This document shows, in pieces, positions 37,352-45,494 of a stretch of 64,000 nt of DNA. The stretch is taken from the NCBI GenBank assembly GCA_017455585.1, contig JAFSZU010000028.1, forward strand, positions 3,220 to 67,219, written 5' to 3'. How positions within the stretch are numbered: position 1 is the first letter of the stretch; each line of letters opens with the position of its first letter. The notes beneath the pieces were generated by a model. That model did not search any database. It saw only the letters and a program-made list of their open reading frames with translations, and was not told the DNA's origin. This DNA is from Bacteroidaceae bacterium (GTDB taxonomy: Bacteria > Bacteroidota > Bacteroidia > Bacteroidales > Bacteroidaceae). The translations under genes were made by a program, and so were the position numbers.

Positions 37352-39859
37352 CTATTTCAGCCAGCGGGCGAGCCAGTTGAAGTAGGTGCGCTGCCAGAGG
37401 ATGCCGTTCTGGGGATGGAGCACCCAGTGGTTCTCGTCGGGATAGAGGAGCAACTCGGCTTCGATGCCTCTCATGCGTGCGGCGTTGAAGGCGCTCATGC
37501 CCTGGGTGGCGTTGATGCGGTAGTCCTTTTCGCCGTGGATGCAGAGAATGGGGGTGTCCCACTGGTCAACAAAGCGGTGAGGAGAGTTCTCATAGGTTCT
37601 CCTGGCGTTGGCTGTCATGTCCTTGTTCCAGTAGGCATCGTCATATTCCCAGTTACTGAACCAGTTCTCCTCGGTCTCTGTATACATGGCTTCGAGGTTG
37701 AAGGCGCCGTCGTGAGCGATGAAGCACTTGAAACGCTTGTCATGGTGACCGGCAAGGTAATAGACGCTGAAGCCGCCAAAGCTGGCTCCCACGGCACCCA
37801 GACGGTCACGGTCCACGTATGGGAGGGAGTCGCACGCATCATCGATGGCACTGAGGTAGTCCTTCATGCACTGGCCTGTCCAGTCGCCGGAGATTTCCTC
37901 CAGCCACTCCTGCCCGAAGCCGGGGAGGCCGCGGCGGTTGGGGGCAATGATGACGTAGCCCTGTGAGGCCATGATGTCGAAGGTCCAGCGGTAGCTCCCG
38001 AACTGTGAGACGGGTGACTGGGGGCCGCCTTCGCAGAAGAGCAGGGTGGGGTATTTCTTCGATGGGTCGAAGTGGGGGGGCTTGATGACCCAGTAGAGGA
38101 GCTGCTGGCCATCGGTGGTGGGGCACCAGCGGGGCTCGGAGGTGCCGGGGGCGAGTTGGGAAAGGATGTGGTCGTTCTCGGCGGTGAGGCGGGTGATTTC
38201 TGCAACGGCGGTGCCGTTGCCTGCGCCAAGAGAAGAAGCAGCATTGGAGGCTGTGGTAGTGGGAACGGTAACCAGATAGAGGTCGGCGGGATGGAAGAAG
38301 TCGTGACGCTCCATGAGGAGGGTGGCGCCAGCCTTCTCCCCTCCATCACGGGCGGGGTCGGGGGTGGGTCTTGGGATGAGTTGCAAATTGCCCCAGTCGG
38401 CCTGGTCATTGGTGAGCTGTGTGACTTCGCCCTTCAGGTTGGTGCGGTAGAGATTGACGGTGGCGTGCCAGACACCTATATAATATAAGGTATAGCTGTC
38501 ATCGTCCCATACGAAGTCGTCAACGTTGCTGTCAAAGGACTCGGTGACATATACTTTGGCGTTCTCTATTGGCTCATTGGCGAGCTGCTGCAGGTCATAG
38601 ACGCAGAGACGCTGGCGGTCTGCCTCGTAGCCGTCACGCTTCATAGAGAGCCAGGCCACGTAGCGGCCATCGGGCGAGAACTTGGGGTTCTGGTCGTAGC
38701 CCACATTGCAGCCCTTCAAATCCTGGGCCTGGTTGATGTACTGGTTTTTGAGAGACTTGGTGGGATTGCAGGAGTTATCAGGACTGCCGACGAATCCTCC
38801 ATCGGGTACAACGTCAAACTCACAACCGTTCTTGCAGAGGTTCCTGGTCTTGTTCATGTCGCCGCTCTCCACATCAAAGAGGAAGATGTCGGAGTCGGTG
38901 CTGATGCTGTAGTCAATCCCGGTCTTGCAGCGGCAGGTGAAAGCGATGAACTTGCTGTCGGGGCTCCAAGCGAGCTGCTCGATGCCGCCGAAAGGTTCCA
39001 TGGGACATTCATAAGGCTCACCTTCGAGGATGTCGAACTCCTTACCCGTGGCCAGGTCAAGGACGAAGGGATGCGGGATGCTCTCGACATAGTGATCCCA
39101 GTGTCGGTACATGAGGTCTGTGATGACGCGGCCAGTGCTCTTGGGCAGGTCGGCGGGGCGCTCCTGGATGATGTCGTGGAAAGGCACGGACTTGATAATG
39201 ATGACCTTTTTCTGGTCGGGTGAGAAGAGGAAACCATCTACGCTGCCGCCGGTCTTGGTGAGTTGCTTGCGGGACTTGCCTTTTGCGGTCATGGTCCAGA
39301 TGTCGCCTTTGAGGTTGAAGGCGATGCGGTTGTTGTCCAGCCAGACAGGGTCGCTGCCGAGACCGAGGAAGGTGGGGGATGTTTCCGCGCTAATAAGCGC
39401 GGCACCCGACCCTGCGGCGGTTGAGGATGCAGGAGATCCTGCGGCGGCTGGGGAGGCAGGGCTTGTTTCAGGCTCGGCGGCGGTTGAGGATGCAGGAGAC
39501 CCTGCGGCGGTTGAGGAGGTTGTTCCCCGTTCTGCGGCGGCTGAGGAGGCAGGAATATCCAGACAGTAGAGGAGGGTGTTGCTGCGGTCTTCGGGGACGC
39601 TGTAATAGGTGACCTGATAGGCGACTTTGGAGCCGTCGGGGGAAACGGCGTAGGAGCCGATGCGTCCCATGGCCCAGAGGGCTTCGGGCGTGAGGGTGTC
39701 GCTCTGGAGCTGGATGTTGCTGCGCGTGATGACGGGCTTCTGTTCTTTCTGGCAGGCGGTCATGATGGCGATGATGAGGAGGAGGAGGAAAAGCCTCACC
39801 CCCGCCCCCTCTCCGAGTGAAGAGGGGAATAGATGGTTGTGGATAAAGGAATGTTTCAT
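37352..39859 (-). CDS. S9-family serine peptidase (beta-propeller + alpha/beta-hydrolase)
   Basis: Lipobox IMTAC. Nucleophile elbow GASFGGFSV. C-terminal ..IHGEKDYRI..HWV catalytic Asp/His region. N-terminal WD40-like propeller. Confidence 0.75.
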   Translation of the reverse strand: MKHSFIHNHLFPSSLGEGAGVRLFLLLLIIAIMTACQKEQKPVITRSNIQLQSDTLTPEALWAMGRIGSYAVSPDGSKVAYQVTYYSVPEDRSNTLLYCLDIPASSAAAERGTTSSTAAGSPASSTAAEPETSPASPAAAGSPASSTAAGSGAALISAETSPTFLGLGSDPVWLDNNRIAFNLKGDIWTMTAKGKSRKQLTKTGGSVDGFLFSPDQKKVIIIKSVPFHDIIQERPADLPKSTGRVITDLMYRHWDHYVESIPHPFVLDLATGKEFDILEGEPYECPMEPFGGIEQLAWSPDSKFIAFTCRCKTGIDYSISTDSDIFLFDVESGDMNKTRNLCKNGCEFDVVPDGGFVGSPDNSCNPTKSLKNQYINQAQDLKGCNVGYDQNPKFSPDGRYVAWLSMKRDGYEADRQRLCVYDLQQLANEPIENAKVYVTESFDSNVDDFVWDDDSYTLYYIGVWHATVNLYRTNLKGEVTQLTNDQADWGNLQLIPRPTPDPARDGGEKAGATLLMERHDFFHPADLYLVTVPTTTASNAASSLGAGNGTAVAEITRLTAENDHILSQLAPGTSEPRWCPTTDGQQLLYWVIKPPHFDPSKKYPTLLFCEGGPQSPVSQFGSYRWTFDIMASQGYVIIAPNRRGLPGFGQEWLEEISGDWTGQCMKDYLSAIDDACDSLPYVDRDRLGAVGASFGGFSVYYLAGHHDKRFKCFIAHDGAFNLEAMYTETEENWFSNWEYDDAYWNKDMTANARRTYENSPHRFVDQWDTPILCIHGEKDYRINATQGMSAFNAARMRGIEAELLLYPDENHWVLHPQNGILWQRTYFNWLARWLK
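38331..38371. repeat. GC-rich hairpin element inside S9 peptidase CDS
   Basis: GCCTTCTCCCCTCCATCACGGGCGGGGTCGGGGGTGGGTCT. Confidence 0.7.
39383..39411. repeat. CGCG hairpin box inside S9 peptidase CDS
   Basis: TTCCGCGCTAATAAGCGCGGCACCCGACC. Confidence 0.55.
39411..39565. repeat. in-frame 27-33-bp tandem repeats (CTGCGGCGGYTGAGGAGGCAGGA) in S9 peptidase CDS
   Basis: Five units encoding an A/S/T/P-rich tract (..STAAGSPASSTAAEPETSPASPAAAGSPASSTAAGSG..). Confidence 0.75.
39792..39832. repeat. GC-rich hairpin element in S9 peptidase signal-peptide region
   Basis: AGCCTCACCCCCGCCCCCTCTCCGAGTGAAGAGGGGAATAG. Confidence 0.65.
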
Positions 39860-39882
39860 TGTTAGTTAAGGGTTGGGCGGGT

Positions 39883-39915
39883 GGCCTCGGTGGGGAAACC
39901 ACCGAGCACCAACGG
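39883..39915. repeat. CGG hairpin type 1, intergenic (yidC / peptidase)
   Basis: GGCCTCGGTGGGGAAACCACCGAGCACCAACGG. Confidence 0.65.
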
Positions 39916-39918
39916 TGG

Positions 39919-41844
39919 TTATCTTTTTTGCTGGCGCTGCTGCTCGGCGGCCATCTTCTGGAGGGCTTCCAGGCGGGCAGCCATGCCGGATTGTTTCTTG
40001 GGATTATTGGCGTTCTTGGCGCGGTAGGCTTCGAGCTCGGCGAGGAGGCGACTGTCATTGGTGGTCTTGCGGAGCACCCACATGATGATGATGCTGGTGA
40101 GGCCGGAGAGGAAGTAGTAGTAGTTGAGGCCTGAGCTGTATGTGTTGAACATGAAGAAGAACATGATGGGCATGAGGTACATCATCCAGCGCATCATCTT
40201 CATGCTCTGTTCCTGCTCGGGCGACATCACGGCGTTCTGCTGCTGCTTCATGCTGATCCAAGTGTTGGCCACCTGCATCACACAGAAAAGAACGCAGAAG
40301 ATGCTGAGGTGGTCGCCGATGAGCCAGAGGTCTTTGCCCCAGTGGATGACATCGTCGTAGGCAGAGAGGTCATCGGCCCAGAGGAAGCTCTGTCCGCGCA
40401 GCTCGATAGCGTTGGGGACGAAGTTGAAGAGGGCCACCCAGATGGGCATCTGGATGAGCATGGGCAGACAGCCGCCCATGGGCGAGACGCCGTACTGGCT
40501 GTAGAGCTGCATCATCTCCTGCTGCTTCTTCATGGCATCTTCCTGCTTGGGGTACTTGGCGTTGAGCTGGTCGATTTTGGGCTTGAGGACTCTCATGCGG
40601 GCACTGGCCATGTAGCTCTTCTTGGTGGCGGGATAGACGAGGGCCTTGACGATGAGGGTCAGCAGCAGGAGGACAAGTCCCATGTGGAGTCCGAAGCCCT
40701 TGAGCCAGTCGAAGAGGTAGATGATGAACCAGCGGTTGATCCAGCGCACGATGGGCCATCCGAGATAGACGAGGTCTTCGAGTTCCAGGTCTTTGTCTGC
40801 GTTGATGCTGAGGTCATTGTGGGCTTTCAGGGTGTGGAAGTCATTGGGGCCGAAATACATTTGCAATTGGGTCGGTTGTGCGCCGGTGGGGTCGAAGGGT
40901 GTCTGGAGGGATGCCTCGTAGTTCTTCAGGTAGCCTTGTCCTTTCTTGTAGAGTTGTGATTTAAAGTGTGCGCCATGCATCTGCTGGTGGCTGATGAGCA
41001 CGGCAGAGAAGAACTGGTTCTTGAAGGCCACCCAGTCGATGGGTTCCTCGATGTCTTTCTCCTGATCCGAGGTCTCGCTCAGGTTCTTGGTCTTGCCGTC
41101 GGTGCGGTGGTAGCGGATGCAGGCGTAGCGCTGCTCAAAGTCAAAGCCTTTCTCGAGCTGGCGGGCACGGTCTGTCCATGCGATGTCGAGGGTCTTCATG
41201 GAGGGGGCGAAGAGGTTGGCGATGCCGCGGGCGGTGATGGTCATATCCACCATGTAGGCATCGGGGCGGAGGGTGTAGTCGATGTCGAGGGAGCCGCCGG
41301 GGAGGGGGAGGCGGAGGGTGGTGGATTGTCCCTCGGGAGAGCCCTCGGGCACAGTAACTGGCTGGAAGAAGAGGTCGGAGGTGACAATGTTCTCCTGCTT
41401 GGTGGCCAGCGAGAGAATCATCTGAGCGTCTTTGGCGCTGACGAGGTGGACGTTCTCCTTCTGCTGGTCTTTGTAGTTCTTGAGTTCGGCATCCTCGATG
41501 ATGCCGCCGCGGGTGTTGATGGTGAGTTTCACCAGGTCGTTCTCGAGGGTGATGCGCTCCTCGGTGCCTTGTGCTGCGGCGAAGAGGATGCTGGCGGAGT
41601 CTGGGACGAGATTGCCGGTGGAATCGGCAACGAGGCCGGCAGTGGCGGCGGAAGCGGTGGTGGTCCCGGCGGATGAACCGCCGGGCACGGTGCTCTGCGT
41701 TTCCTGCTGGGCGAGCTGTGCGGCGGCGATGGAGTCGCGTTCACGTTGTGCTTTGAGTTGTGCTTCTGAGGGGCGGCTGTACCACGAGAAGGCGATGAGC
41801 ACAGCGGCCATGAGGACGAATCCTGTGATGGTGTTTTTGTCCAT
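39919..41844 (-). CDS. yidC: membrane protein insertase YidC
   Basis: 641 aa with a large periplasmic P1 domain and a conserved C-terminal core (..MRVLKPKIDQLNAKYPKQEDAMKKQQEMMQLYSQYGVSPMGGCLPMLIQMPIW..). Confidence 0.9.
   Translation of the reverse strand: MDKNTITGFVLMAAVLIAFSWYSRPSEAQLKAQRERDSIAAAQLAQQETQSTVPGGSSAGTTTASAATAGLVADSTGNLVPDSASILFAAAQGTEERITLENDLVKLTINTRGGIIEDAELKNYKDQQKENVHLVSAKDAQMILSLATKQENIVTSDLFFQPVTVPEGSPEGQSTTLRLPLPGGSLDIDYTLRPDAYMVDMTITARGIANLFAPSMKTLDIAWTDRARQLEKGFDFEQRYACIRYHRTDGKTKNLSETSDQEKDIEEPIDWVAFKNQFFSAVLISHQQMHGAHFKSQLYKKGQGYLKNYEASLQTPFDPTGAQPTQLQMYFGPNDFHTLKAHNDLSINADKDLELEDLVYLGWPIVRWINRWFIIYLFDWLKGFGLHMGLVLLLLTLIVKALVYPATKKSYMASARMRVLKPKIDQLNAKYPKQEDAMKKQQEMMQLYSQYGVSPMGGCLPMLIQMPIWVALFNFVPNAIELRGQSFLWADDLSAYDDVIHWGKDLWLIGDHLSIFCVLFCVMQVANTWISMKQQQNAVMSPEQEQSMKMMRWMMYLMPIMFFFMFNTYSSGLNYYYFLSGLTSIIIMWVLRKTTNDSRLLAELEAYRAKNANNPKKQSGMAARLEALQKMAAEQQRQQKR
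41329..41361. repeat. PEG box (double) in yidC CDS
   Basis: TCCCTCGGGAGAGCCCTCGGGCACAGTAACTGG. Encodes QPVTVPEGSPEG. Confidence 0.7.
41663..41688. repeat. CGG hairpin type 2 in yidC CDS
   Basis: GTCCCGGCGGATGAACCGCCGGGCAC. Encodes ..TVPGGSSAGT.. Confidence 0.6.
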
Positions 41845-41861
41845 TGTTATTTGAGGTGGTT

Positions 41862-41884
41862 ATCCCGGCAAATATGCCGGGCAC
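41862..41884. repeat. CGG hairpin type 2, upstream of yidC
   Basis: ATCCCGGCAAATATGCCGGGCAC. Confidence 0.55.
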
Positions 41885-41891
41885 TCAACCA

Positions 41892-42030
41892 TGATGAGTT
41901 AAATGATAGATGGTTAAATGCTGAGGGGTTGATGGGAAACGAGCGGGGTTGATGGCACAGGGGGGGATGGAAAGCGAGCGGGATGATGGGAAGAGTGGAA
42001 TGATGGGAAGAGCGGGATTGATGGCTAATG
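41892..42030. repeat. degenerate GATGG-rich ~18-bp tandem repeats between engB and yidC
   Basis: ..gatgggaaacgagcggggttgatggcacagggggggatggaaagcgagcgggatgatgggaagagtggaatgatgggaagagcgggattgatgg.. Confidence 0.6.
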
Positions 42031-42630
42031 GGTGAGGGATTTGTTAATCTCTTCGATGTAGGCGAGGAGGTCTTCACGGCCTTGTTTGCTCTCGGCAGAG
42101 GTGATGAAGTGGGGTGGGAGGGGATCCCATTCCTCAGAGAGTCGTTGCAGATAGGCGTTGACATTCTCTGTGAGTTTGGCGCGGCTGAGTTTGTCGGCCT
42201 TGGTGAAGACGATGCTAAAGGGCACGTTGCTCTCTCCCAGCCAGCGCATGAACTCCAGGTCAATCTGCTGTGGCTCATGGCGGCAGTCGATGAGCAGGAA
42301 GAGGTTAGTGAGCTGCTCGCGTTGCAGGATGTAGCCGGAGATGATCTTCTCCAACCTGGCGCGCTCTGTCTTGCTGCGCTTGGCAAATCCATAGCCGGGC
42401 AAGTCCACGAGATACCACTCTCCTCCGTTGATGATGAAATGATTGATGAGCAGTGTCTTGCCGGGTTGTGCCGAAGTCTTGGCCAGTTTGCGGTTGTCTG
42501 CCAGCATGTTGATGAGGCTTGACTTGCCGACATTGCTGCGCCCGATGAAGGCATATTCGGGACACCTGTGCACAGGACACTGGCTGATGAACTCGCTGCT
42601 CTTGACGTATGTGGCGTTCTTGATGGTCAC
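42025..42630 (-). CDS. engB: ribosome-biogenesis GTPase YsxC/EngB
   Basis: G1 [12 protein letters not shown], then DLPGYG and TKADK motifs. Confidence 0.9.
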   Translation of the reverse strand: MTIKNATYVKSSEFISQCPVHRCPEYAFIGRSNVGKSSLINMLADNRKLAKTSAQPGKTLLINHFIINGGEWYLVDLPGYGFAKRSKTERARLEKIISGYILQREQLTNLFLLIDCRHEPQQIDLEFMRWLGESNVPFSIVFTKADKLSRAKLTENVNAYLQRLSEEWDPLPPHFITSAESKQGREDLLAYIEEINKSLTH

Positions 42631-42661
42631 GTGATATGTTGAGCGTTTAGGCGTTTAACGT

Positions 42662-44038
42662 TTAGAAATCGTAGTTCAGACCGAGGGACAGGAACTCCTT
42701 GAACATCCAGAATGTGCCGTCGTGGTTCTCTCCGGAACGGTAATTGGGCGAGCTGTCCTCGAAGCGCGGATACATGAACAGCTTGGCCGAGATATACTTG
42801 TTGACCGTGAAGTTGAAGGTGTTTTCCCATTCGATGCGTGTCAGTTTGAGGTTGGAGAACCAGTAGGCACGGCTGGACCATGTGATGTTCTTCAGCAGTT
42901 TCCACGTGAACGTGAGGTTCACGTTGGGACCCCAGTCGTGTTTGGCATTGTGTCCTGCGTCGATACCATAGCGTGTCACGAGGTTGTCCCGGTCCACGTA
43001 TGTGATGTTCCAAGAGAGTGGTGCCAGGAGGAGTGCTCCGGAAAGGTTCTTCCAGCTGAACTTGTAGTCCATACCGATTGATGAGCGGATGTAGAGCGGT
43101 GAGATGAAGTCTGCCACCACGTTGTCACCGCTCCCGTCGTAGGTCATGTAGGGTTGCGACTGCAACTGGAGCTGGGCGGCGTAGTTCCACTTGCCGATGG
43201 CCTTGATGCCGAGCTTGCTGGTGAGGCGCAGCAGGTTGCTGGTGGCCCGGAACTTGGGCTTGCTGTTCTCGGTTGTCTGGAAGCCCAGTTGTGCCTCGAA
43301 CTTGTTGTCCCACTGGATCTTGCGTTTGTTGTCATAGTTGGCATCCAGGGTGAGGAGGGTGAGCATGGAGTACATGTCATCACCGCCCTGGTACCAGTTG
43401 TCTGAGAAGTGGTTCTGTGTGAACTGCATGCCTCCGTTTCCCTTTAGGGTCCAGAAGTTGGGCTTCATCACTTCCACGTCCACGGCCTCGACCTGCATCT
43501 GTGGCTTGTCCTCCACCACCTTCTCTGCCAGTTTCTTGTTTGATTCCTGTTTCTTGGTGAGGTCCGACCTGATGCGTGAACCGCTCATCAGCTCCTGCTG
43601 CGTTGTGGAGAAGAACTGCGGGGAGGTGATATATGCCTGTGCCAGCGCGTTGTTGATGTCCTCGGCCAGCTGCAGCTGGCTGTCTGTGGTGCTGCCGAGC
43701 TGTGGGCGCTTGGCTGCCTCTGTGTCATCTGCATCTTCTGCATTGATAGACATTTTCTGACTGAGCACATTGTTATAGAGTGTGCCGGGCGCGAACAGCC
43801 GGAATAGATATGGGCTGGGTGCAGATGTGGTTCCTGTGGCCTGTTGCTGCAAAGTCACCAGGTTCTGTAGTGACACGATATAGGCGTTCACGATGGAGTC
43901 TGCCTGATTGGCAAAAGCTTGTTGCACGGAATCTACTTCTTCGGCCATTGCTTTTGAACCTTTCACCTCACGTGCCTCGAGCAAAGAGGATTGGAGTGTC
44001 AGCATCAAGAATGCTGCAATAAAAAGTTGTTTATTCAT
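42662..44038 (-). CDS. DUF3078-like outer-membrane protein
   Basis: Re-started at ATG 44038 (MNKQLFIAAFLMLTLQSSLL). WTLKGNGGMQFTQNHFSDNWYQGGD is characteristic of DUF3078. Confidence 0.6.
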   Translation of the reverse strand: MNKQLFIAAFLMLTLQSSLLEAREVKGSKAMAEEVDSVQQAFANQADSIVNAYIVSLQNLVTLQQQATGTTSAPSPYLFRLFAPGTLYNNVLSQKMSINAEDADDTEAAKRPQLGSTTDSQLQLAEDINNALAQAYITSPQFFSTTQQELMSGSRIRSDLTKKQESNKKLAEKVVEDKPQMQVEAVDVEVMKPNFWTLKGNGGMQFTQNHFSDNWYQGGDDMYSMLTLLTLDANYDNKRKIQWDNKFEAQLGFQTTENSKPKFRATSNLLRLTSKLGIKAIGKWNYAAQLQLQSQPYMTYDGSGDNVVADFISPLYIRSSIGMDYKFSWKNLSGALLLAPLSWNITYVDRDNLVTRYGIDAGHNAKHDWGPNVNLTFTWKLLKNITWSSRAYWFSNLKLTRIEWENTFNFTVNKYISAKLFMYPRFEDSSPNYRSGENHDGTFWMFKEFLSLGLNYDF

Positions 44039-44181
44039 ACTTATCCGAAATTTGCGGCAAAGATACAAATAATGTTTGAAAGGCGAGCAGAATCTGCGCA
44101 CGAATCATCAATTATTGTATTTTTTTCACCTCTTAGTCTCATATTTGTTGTTGGACATCGTGCAGAAAGAGGATTTTTATA

Positions 44182-44189
44182 TACCTTTG
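44182..44189 (+). promoter_or_regulatory. Bacteroidota -7 box (TACCTTTG)
   Basis: TAnnTTTG match 26 nt upstream of ATG 44215. Confidence 0.5.
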
Positions 44190-44214
44190 TCGGCAGAATC
44201 AAAGCAACAGGACC

Positions 44215-45036
44215 ATGATACAACTCATCGCAGACAGCGGCTCCACAAAGACAACCTGGCTCCTCCGGGACGGCGTTCACCCGGATGTCTGCCTGCAAAC
44301 GGCAGGCATCAATCCCGTTCGTGACACAGAGGACACGATATGTTCAGTGGTGGCGTCTCTGCCACAAACAGCTGTGTCTGACCTCTATTTCTACGGGGCC
44401 GGCTGCATCCAGCCCTATTCAGAGACCGTCTCTCGTGTGCTGCGGTCGGCATTCCCGGGCGCAAATATCTGTGTGGAGAGTGATTTGCTGGGGGCTGCCC
44501 GCGCCCTTTGCGGCCACGATGAAGGCATCGCCTGCATACTGGGCACAGGGTCCAATTCCTGTCTGTATGACGGCACGCGGATGGTTCAGAACGTCTCTCC
44601 GCTGGGTTGGATTCTGGGCGATGAGGGCAGCGGTGCCGTGCTTGGCCGCACGCTGGTCGGCGACCTGCTCAAGGGTCAACTGCCTCATTCACTGCTGGAA
44701 GCGTTCTTGTCACGCTTCCACCTCACCCAGGCGTCCATCATCGATGCGGTGTATCGCCAGCCCCAGCCCAATCGTTTTCTTGCCTTTTTGGTTCCCTTCC
44801 TGTCAGAACACCGTGCAGAGCCGGGCATCCATGATTTGCTGCTTCGCCAGTTCCGTCTGTTCCTGGCGCGCAACGTGGCAGCCTATCAGCGTCGGGACTT
44901 GCCGGTCAATTGCGTAGGTGGTGTTGCCTATTCCTTTGAGAATGAACTCCGTGAGGCCGCCAGCCTGGAGGGCTTTGACGTGGGTGTGGTGAATCGGTCT
45001 CCCATGGACGGTATGGCTCGTTTCCACGAGTTTTGA
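44215..45036 (+). CDS. BadF/BadG/BcrA/BcrD-type ATPase (N-acetylglucosamine-kinase-like)
   Basis: MIQLIADSGSTKTTW.. phosphate-1 motif, then ..ILGTGSNSC.. and GWILGDEGSGA. Confidence 0.65.
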   Translation: MIQLIADSGSTKTTWLLRDGVHPDVCLQTAGINPVRDTEDTICSVVASLPQTAVSDLYFYGAGCIQPYSETVSRVLRSAFPGANICVESDLLGAARALCGHDEGIACILGTGSNSCLYDGTRMVQNVSPLGWILGDEGSGAVLGRTLVGDLLKGQLPHSLLEAFLSRFHLTQASIIDAVYRQPQPNRFLAFLVPFLSEHRAEPGIHDLLLRQFRLFLARNVAAYQRRDLPVNCVGGVAYSFENELREAASLEGFDVGVVNRSPMDGMARFHEF

Positions 45037-45192
45037 CGAGCCTGATTTGCAATGTCGAGTTTGCAAAACCAGAGCTTTTGACCCACGAATCAATGAATTT
45101 ATTTCAAAAATAAGGATGTTTTGAAAAATGTATGTTGCAAAACATGTTTTCAGGGTTACATGCTGACGCTTTCACCCGTATCTTTGTGTCAG

Positions 45193-45283
45193 TTATCCTG
45201 AAAACAATCTTTTTACCTTAAACAGGCTAATACCTAAAGATTAAGCATTGGGGTCGCTGTGAAGCGACCCCTGTGTTGTTCTG
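45193..45283 (+). ncRNA. candidate small RNA (promoter box + ~90 nt + terminator hairpin)
   Basis: TATCTTTG box at 45179-45186. GGGGTCGCT-GTGA-AGCGACCCC hairpin at 45250-45271, followed by TGTGTTGTTCT. No ORF. Sits in a convergent intergenic region. Confidence 0.3.
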
Positions 45284-45373
45284 CACGTTTGATGCTTTTC
45301 AGCTGTGCTTTTGGCTCTTTTCTGGCTGTGCTTTTGGCTCTTTCCTGGCTGGTGGGTATATATGGACTTTTGA

Positions 45374-45483
45374 ACGTGCGGTCGTGATGCCAATTACGTG
45401 CAGACGTGATGCCAATTACGTGCGGTCGTAAAGGCAATGACGTGCGGTCGTGAAGGCAATGACGTGCGGACGTGTTGTGAGCG
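45374..45483. repeat. 22-bp phased tandem array (5 units) abutting stop codon of glycosyltransferase gene
   Basis: ACGTGCGGTCGTGATGCCAATT-type units start at 45374, 45396, 45418, 45440 and 45462. Confidence 0.85.
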
Positions 45484-45494
45484 ACCCCTGCTTG

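Noticed and set aside
41847-42554. 235-aa minus-strand ORF overlapping engB and the GATGG-repeat spacer.
   Set aside because: It is an alternative frame of engB with Ser/Pro-rich low complexity. The EngB frame carries GTPase motifs.
45234-45437. 67-aa minus-strand ORF in the kinase-glycosyltransferase spacer.
   Set aside because: It lies entirely within the direct duplication and the 22-bp repeat array, so its reading frame is an artefact of the repeats.
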